From: Candidatus Hermodarchaeota archaeon
GTDB lineage: Archaea > Asgardarchaeota > Hermodarchaeia > Hermodarchaeales > Hermodarchaeaceae
Assembly: GCA_016839805.1 (NCBI GenBank)
Contig: JAEOTO010000006.1
Span: 1-64,000, forward strand
Direction of reading: 5' to 3'
DNA: 64,000 nt
Positions 58,924 through 64,000 of the stretch are shown piece by piece. The notes below the pieces were generated by a model. The model did not search any database. It had not been told where the DNA came from and saw only the letters and a list, made by a program, of their open reading frames with translations. Position 1 is the stretch's first letter. Every line of letters begins with the position of its first letter. A program made the position numbers and the translations under genes.

Positions 58924-59541
58924 CTATATGCTTTCGCGGGAGATTTCAACGCCCTTGGAATCAGCAACAGCGATTTGAATCGAACCACCTGACGCAATAT
59001 CTCGTTTTCGAGCGGCATTCACAGACCGCATCACGAGCTGTTTTCCCTCGTCAATGGACATATCTTTGCGATACTCATCTTCAAGAACACCATAAGCCAC
59101 AACAGATCCACTTCCTGTTGCCGTGAACTCCTCTTCTTCCAACATACTCCCCAACGGATCTAACATGTAGATGTGTCCGCCTTCATCATCAACACCCCCC
59201 ACAATGAGCATCGCTATCAAGGGAAACATACGGTTTCGAAATAGAATAGAGGAGGTTAATCGTGAAATGGCTTTAACAGAAAGTTCGCGTCCCTTTTCAA
59301 GAGCCTCTAATTGTGCAATAGCTCGTACGCTATTGACAAGCTGCTGAGCGTCCGCGACTGAACCAGAAATGGTCATCGCTGTGTGGTCCGTAATTTGGAG
59401 AATTTTTGGGGCTGTATCACTGGCAACCAAGTATCCCATTGTAGCCTGCGATTCTGTACCAAGAATAATGCCACCATTTACCCTTACAGCAACGGTTGTA
59501 GTATGAGACATTAATCGATGTTTGTCACTTTGTTCCATCAT
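58924..59541 (-). CDS. psmB: 20S proteasome beta subunit
   Basis: Propeptide then TTTV, KI, GSVADAQ, ATGSG, RDIASG. Confidence 0.93.
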   Translation of the reverse strand: MMEQSDKHRLMSHTTTVAVRVNGGIILGTESQATMGYLVASDTAPKILQITDHTAMTISGSVADAQQLVNSVRAIAQLEALEKGRELSVKAISRLTSSILFRNRMFPLIAMLIVGGVDDEGGHIYMLDPLGSMLEEEEFTATGSGSVVAYGVLEDEYRKDMSIDEGKQLVMRSVNAARKRDIASGGSIQIAVADSKGVEISRESI

Positions 59542-59723
59542 AACGGATTCACTCTCTAACGCATTGAATCTTTGCCCACGAATATGCGTATCAATTTAAG
59601 TCTTCTTCTCTTTTTGGTTTCAAAGGCTCGCAATCCTTAAGAACTTCTGGGATATGGCACGTCAAAACATTTTTAGCTGGAACTCTTCTCGTCTCCTGCG
59701 TTTAACTGTAAGGTGAACTTTCC

Positions 59724-60410
59724 ATGGCTTTCCGACCTGAAATTCATGCTCCCCAATCAGGAGATTCTCGTCGCGGACGAGGATTTAGTTTTCAAGAATT
59801 AAAAGATGCTGGGCTTAGTCTTGCTGACGCCCGTTGGATGGCTATCCCAATTGATAATAGACGTAAGACTCATCATCCTGAGAATGTCGAGATGCTTAAA
59901 GACTATATCAAACGGATTAAGAAGCTTGGAAAGGGTGCAAAGGCTGCTAAACCCAAGGCTAAGGTCGAGAAAGTTGCTCCTACCAAAACTACACCTATTG
60001 ATACAGACTTGACTGAACTTTCTGGTGTTACGAAGAAACTAGCTGAAACACTAGCCGTTGCTGGAGTAACTGATATTCATGACTTAGCAACTATCTCACC
60101 CCGACGACTTGCTAGAAAAACTGACCTTAAACGAAACCGAGCAGAGAAGCTTGTAGAAACTGCCAGACAATATCAACGAGAAAGGGCCAAAGTCGCTCGG
60201 GAAGAAAAGGCTAAGATTCCTAAAATCACTGAGATGAAACATCTCCCAGAAATTACTGGTGATGATATGAAGAAATTAAGGGAACTTGGAGTTGAAACAC
60301 TCGAAGATCTCAAAAATGAAAATCCGCGAGACCTTTCGTTAATCACCGGTATATCTGAAACCCGAATCAAGGAATGGCGAAAAATTATCCGAGCGCTGGA
60401 TAAACAATAA
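59724..60410 (+). CDS. rpl13e: Ribosomal protein L13e fused to tandem HhH modules
   Basis: RRGRGFS..EL..AGL, IPID.RRKT...NVE.L; then LTELSGV..LA..L..AGV and HLPEI..L.ELGV HhH repeats. Confidence 0.85.
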   Translation: MAFRPEIHAPQSGDSRRGRGFSFQELKDAGLSLADARWMAIPIDNRRKTHHPENVEMLKDYIKRIKKLGKGAKAAKPKAKVEKVAPTKTTPIDTDLTELSGVTKKLAETLAVAGVTDIHDLATISPRRLARKTDLKRNRAEKLVETARQYQRERAKVAREEKAKIPKITEMKHLPEITGDDMKKLRELGVETLEDLKNENPRDLSLITGISETRIKEWRKIIRALDKQ

Positions 60411-60433
60411 AACCAAATATCTTCAGTGCTGGA

Positions 60434-61429
60434 CTAGCTCCTTTTTTCTAGATACTCTTCCCAGGGTAGGACCTGTTCTGTTGAATACCATCCAAAGGCT
60501 CGATAAAGGATTGCAATTGCACCTTGTGGTGGAATTACACCTTGTTCAGTGATAATTGCGTCAATGAATTCTGGAGGAGTCACATCAAATGCTGGATTTC
60601 TTACACTAACATGCTTCCACCTCGCAAGTTTGTCTTGTGATATGACTTCTGCTGTATCCCTCTCCTCGATTTCGATAAGCTCTCCTGCCATTGTTGCCGG
60701 ACTGAACTTGTAACTTTCAGCTGCGACATAAAAATCAACACGCGCCTCATTTGCCGTAAGCGCTACCAAACTTGTCCCAATCTTGTTAACCACAGCACCA
60801 TTAGCTGTAATCGCATCAGCACCAACAAAAACCTTGTCTGCACGACTCATAAGATACCGAATAGAATTATCTGTGATTAGTATAGCCGGGATCCCTGCCT
60901 TATCTAGCCATGTAGCCGTAATGTGTCCTTGGTATTTCGGTCGAGTTTCAGGTACATAAACAGTGAATTTTTTACCCAGCGAAAATGCAGCTTTCAGCAC
61001 ACCAAAAGCAGTAGCACTGTTACAATAGGTAAAAATGATATCTCCATCCACAATTAAACGTGCACCGATTTCCCCGATCGTTTTCACCGCGTTATTAGAC
61101 ATATCAATGAAACCGGTTCCGATTTTGTTTGCCTCTTTCTTTAATTCCCCGATCTTTATGATCTGTTCAGCTTTAGCAATTAAGCGTGTATAAAAATAAC
61201 GTAACCCGTTTGGTAAAGAAACTGCTGTTGGTCTAGTCTCATGAAGTATCTGAGCCGCAAGAGCCACATCTTGAAGGAGTTTGTTAACCTGCCTTGCCTT
61301 TGACTTTTCTGTAGCAATCATTAGGCCTTTAACAGCAGCCCGTGCGATACGACCTGCACCTCTGGTCCGCATTGAGCGAATATCATCAGCAATTGCTTGG
61401 GTTTCAGCAGGAACTTTAGCCATGACCAT
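60434..61429 (-). CDS. e2b2: Ribose-1,5-bisphosphate isomerase (eIF2B-like family)
   Basis: M..RGAG.IA, RPTAVSL, TYCNS, ETRP..QG, GADAI, NKIGT, NPAFDVTP. Confidence 0.9.
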   Translation of the reverse strand: MVMAKVPAETQAIADDIRSMRTRGAGRIARAAVKGLMIATEKSKARQVNKLLQDVALAAQILHETRPTAVSLPNGLRYFYTRLIAKAEQIIKIGELKKEANKIGTGFIDMSNNAVKTIGEIGARLIVDGDIIFTYCNSATAFGVLKAAFSLGKKFTVYVPETRPKYQGHITATWLDKAGIPAILITDNSIRYLMSRADKVFVGADAITANGAVVNKIGTSLVALTANEARVDFYVAAESYKFSPATMAGELIEIEERDTAEVISQDKLARWKHVSVRNPAFDVTPPEFIDAIITEQGVIPPQGAIAILYRAFGWYSTEQVLPWEEYLEKRS

Positions 61430-61440
61430 CGCCGAGCCAT

Positions 61441-61463
61441 TTAATACATCATCAGGGTATTAA
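61441..61463. promoter_or_regulatory. Inverted repeat in a very short bidirectional promoter
   Basis: TTAATAC-N9-GTATTAA between the divergent eIF2B-like genes. Confidence 0.45.
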
Positions 61464-62410
61464 TGCTGCCATGGAGGAACGATTTCATGAACCTTGACTG
61501 GCTGATTAAAAAATTTACGACCTATGAAATTGCCAGTGCAGATGGAACAGCCATTGCCGCCGCCTCTGCGCTCAAGGATATTGCGATGAAAATACAAGCG
61601 AAATCTACAAAGGACCTCTATGAAAAAATCAAGGTCAACGCTTACGGACTTAGGGAGGCACGACAGAGCTCAGCGGCGTTGCTTAATTGTCTTGATTTCA
61701 TCGAAGATGCGGCTCTCTCCGCCTACCAGGTAAAAACACCCCTGAAAAAAATGCGAGAAGTAATTAGTGAAGCATGCACAAACTTCGTGGAACGGATTGC
61801 CGCAGCAAAGGACAAAATTGGAGAAATTGGATCAAAACGCATACGTTCCGGTGATCGGATTCTCACACTCTGCCGAAGTACGACTGTCTTATCGATTCTA
61901 AAGAAAGTGGCTGAGCAAGGGAAGGATATTGAAGTCTTTGTCGCGGAGAGTCGTCCCGATCTAGAGGGTCGTCTATTAGCAAATGAAGTGGCTGCGTTAG
62001 GCATACCTGTTACATTTTTCACAGATTTTGCCGCACGGATTTTTCTTCCTGATATGCATGTGATGCTAGCAGGAGGCGAAGCTATTGCTGCAAGCGGGGC
62101 CATTGTTTCCAAGGTTGGAACCGCAACACTTGCAGAGCTGTGTCATGATGCGCGAGTCCGTGTTCTCATCGCCGTAGGAAGCTACAAGTTTTCCCATGAA
62201 ACCATTTTGGGACGTCTAGTGGTTCTAGAAGAAGGAAATCCAGAACAAGTAGTACATAGTGACAAAATTGACTCTAAAGTAACGGTTCGTAATCCCCTCT
62301 TTGATGTTACCGGGCCTGAACACATAGACGCCTTCATAACTGAACGTGGCATCATTCCTCCCCAAGGAGCCTATCTACTTTTTACAACGAACCAAGAAAA
62401 CAAGCATTAG
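61463..62410 (+). CDS. Divergent eIF2B alpha/beta/delta-like paralog
   Basis: TLCRSTTV, ESRP..EG, GGEAI..SG..SKVGT, NPLFDVTG, ITERG; lacks RGA and RPT; probable start 61487. Confidence 0.85.
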   Translation: MLPWRNDFMNLDWLIKKFTTYEIASADGTAIAAASALKDIAMKIQAKSTKDLYEKIKVNAYGLREARQSSAALLNCLDFIEDAALSAYQVKTPLKKMREVISEACTNFVERIAAAKDKIGEIGSKRIRSGDRILTLCRSTTVLSILKKVAEQGKDIEVFVAESRPDLEGRLLANEVAALGIPVTFFTDFAARIFLPDMHVMLAGGEAIAASGAIVSKVGTATLAELCHDARVRVLIAVGSYKFSHETILGRLVVLEEGNPEQVVHSDKIDSKVTVRNPLFDVTGPEHIDAFITERGIIPPQGAYLLFTTNQENKH

Positions 62411-62435
62411 AAAGGCTCAAAAACCTTAAACTACC

Positions 62436-62687
62436 GTGTTCTTCGAGAGTAACACGCTGGAAGTAAAACCCATGCCTCCTACAACTACCACTAAAAAAAG
62501 TACAAAGAAATTAGCTGACATTGACGGCGAACTCTGTGGTGTTTGTCAAGCATGTGCCACAGTCTGTCCAGTCAACGCAATCGAGGTTACTGAAAGTTAC
62601 CTTATTGTTATTCCCGAAAAATGTACTGGCTGTGGAGTTTGCGTTACAGTGTGTCCTGTGGGAGCCATTACCCTAATAGAACGCTAA
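62436..62687 (+). CDS. 2x[4Fe-4S] ferredoxin
   Basis: CGVCQACATVCP and CTGCGVCVTVCP. Confidence 0.9.
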   Translation: MFFESNTLEVKPMPPTTTTKKSTKKLADIDGELCGVCQACATVCPVNAIEVTESYLIVIPEKCTGCGVCVTVCPVGAITLIER

Positions 62688-62718
62688 AATTGGTTAGAAC
62701 TTCTCAGAAGGTGTTAAT

Positions 62719-63936
62719 GTGTCAAATGAAAACCGTGTTATCGTTGTTGGTGCGGGACCAGCGGGTTCATCCACAGCAATGGGCGCCTTACGGGCTGGAG
62801 CGGCTGTAACGATTATTGATAGAAAAACCAATGTTGGGATTCCAGTCCAATGTGGAGAAGCCATTGGAAAAACGGGACCCGGGCTAGCAGAAATTAATGT
62901 TCCAGACGAATCAATTCGAGCTTCTGTTCGAGGGTTCCGTGTGTATAGCCCAGGTCAAATTACAGTAGATTACGCAGAAAAAGAACCAAGCGGGTACATT
63001 GTTGATCGACGCGTTTTCGACAAGGAACTCTTCGCCCGTGCTACCGAAGCTGGCGCTGATAGCCTCCTCGGAGCCCGAGTTCTGGACATCACACGATCTA
63101 ACGGAGTTGTTACTGGGGTAATTGTTCGCCACGACGGCCGACGCAACACCCTGAAAGCAAAAGTGGTCATAGGTGCAGATGGCGTAAACAGTCAGATTGC
63201 TCGCCTTACTGGACTTCGAAAATCTTACAAACCCGCAGATATTGATTCTTGTTTCGCCTATGAAATGGCAAATAGTGAACTTGAAGTCACAGATCTTATG
63301 GAATTCCTTCTAGGAAATGAAGTCTCACCACGAGGATACATTTGGATCTTCCCCAAGGGAAATGGTCGTGCAAATGTAGGTATTGGAATCGGCGGAACAG
63401 TCAAAACGAAGACAGCAAAAGAATACCTCGATCATTTCCTCAAGCATCATGATGTCGCTAAACGACAGCTAAGCCAGGCAAAAGTCATTGAAACTCGAGT
63501 GGGAGCTCTTCCTGTCTGTGGACCGAACAAAAAAAATGTGGTTGATGGCGCGCTTTTAGTCGGTGATTCCGCAGGTCATGTGCATCCCATTACAGGTGGT
63601 GGAATGGGGTATGCGATGGTTTGTGGTAACATCGCAGGAAGAGTTGCAGCTGAGTGCATCATGAAGGAGCAAGTAAGTGCTAAACATCTTCAAAAATACG
63701 AAGATGAATGGCGTAAGATCTATGGATCTGAGTTCGAGCAATCTCTCAAACTCCGCGAACTCATACTAAAAACTGATGATGCAACTTTGGATAAACTTGC
63801 AGGTATTGTTACCGGAGAATCGATTGTGCGCATGACGGCTGGAAAAAAGGTAAAAATCTTCATGAAAGCCATGGCGACTGGTGATAAACACCTTATTGCA
63901 TTAATGAACGAATTACGAAAACTTCGTATGGTATAA
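62719..63936 (+). CDS. Digeranylgeranylglycerophospholipid reductase (GGR family)
   Basis: GAGPAG, PVQCGE, GADG, PRGYIWIFPK, GDSAG...P.TGGG. Confidence 0.92.
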   Translation: MSNENRVIVVGAGPAGSSTAMGALRAGAAVTIIDRKTNVGIPVQCGEAIGKTGPGLAEINVPDESIRASVRGFRVYSPGQITVDYAEKEPSGYIVDRRVFDKELFARATEAGADSLLGARVLDITRSNGVVTGVIVRHDGRRNTLKAKVVIGADGVNSQIARLTGLRKSYKPADIDSCFAYEMANSELEVTDLMEFLLGNEVSPRGYIWIFPKGNGRANVGIGIGGTVKTKTAKEYLDHFLKHHDVAKRQLSQAKVIETRVGALPVCGPNKKNVVDGALLVGDSAGHVHPITGGGMGYAMVCGNIAGRVAAECIMKEQVSAKHLQKYEDEWRKIYGSEFEQSLKLRELILKTDDATLDKLAGIVTGESIVRMTAGKKVKIFMKAMATGDKHLIALMNELRKLRMV

Positions 63937-64000
63937 CGTGGATAATTTAGGGTAAACAACTTTAAATCATCATTCTCCTCTCATAATCAGGATAATCGAG

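Noticed and set aside
1-64000. CRISPR arrays, rRNA, IS elements, proviral genes
   Set aside because: None seen; intergenic gaps are all under about 300 bp.

Overview
Gene-dense archaeal chromosome segment with about 67 CDS, 1 frameshifted gene and 2 intron-containing tRNAs. No rRNA, CRISPR array, transposase or integrase was seen. Archaeal core genes include TFB, RpoP, aIF1, TopoVI A/B, archaeal MAT, proteasome beta, L13e, PoK/PPS, Tes and GGR. Eukaryotic-signature-type genes include a longin protein coupled to a Rab-like GTPase, two roadblock proteins, an Rpn11-like JAMM protease and a Get3-like ATPase. Together these suggest an Asgard archaeon (inference; no phylogeny run). Main signals: (1) tRNA-His(GUG) split by three BHB-type introns (8/9, 15/16, 37/38), with a eukaryote-type A73 discriminator and no encoded G-1, directly upstream of a HisRS with an altered motif-2 loop and enlarged insertion domain. 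(2) A candidate proto-GET locus: 3-TM protein, Get3-type ATPase and an unannotated, translationally coupled 34-aa membrane peptide; a tail-anchored JAMM protease lies elsewhere in the window. (3) Repeated sharp C-rich to G-rich strand-skew switches inside genes, two centred on a similar 23-bp imperfect palindrome. (4) Unusual architectures of core proteins: nested Zn ribbon in RpoP, wHTH-Top6A, L13e-HhH fusion, Walker-A-degenerate Cdc6/Orc, and a head-to-head R15Pi/eIF2B-like pair. All product calls come from motif recognition by eye; no database search was run.
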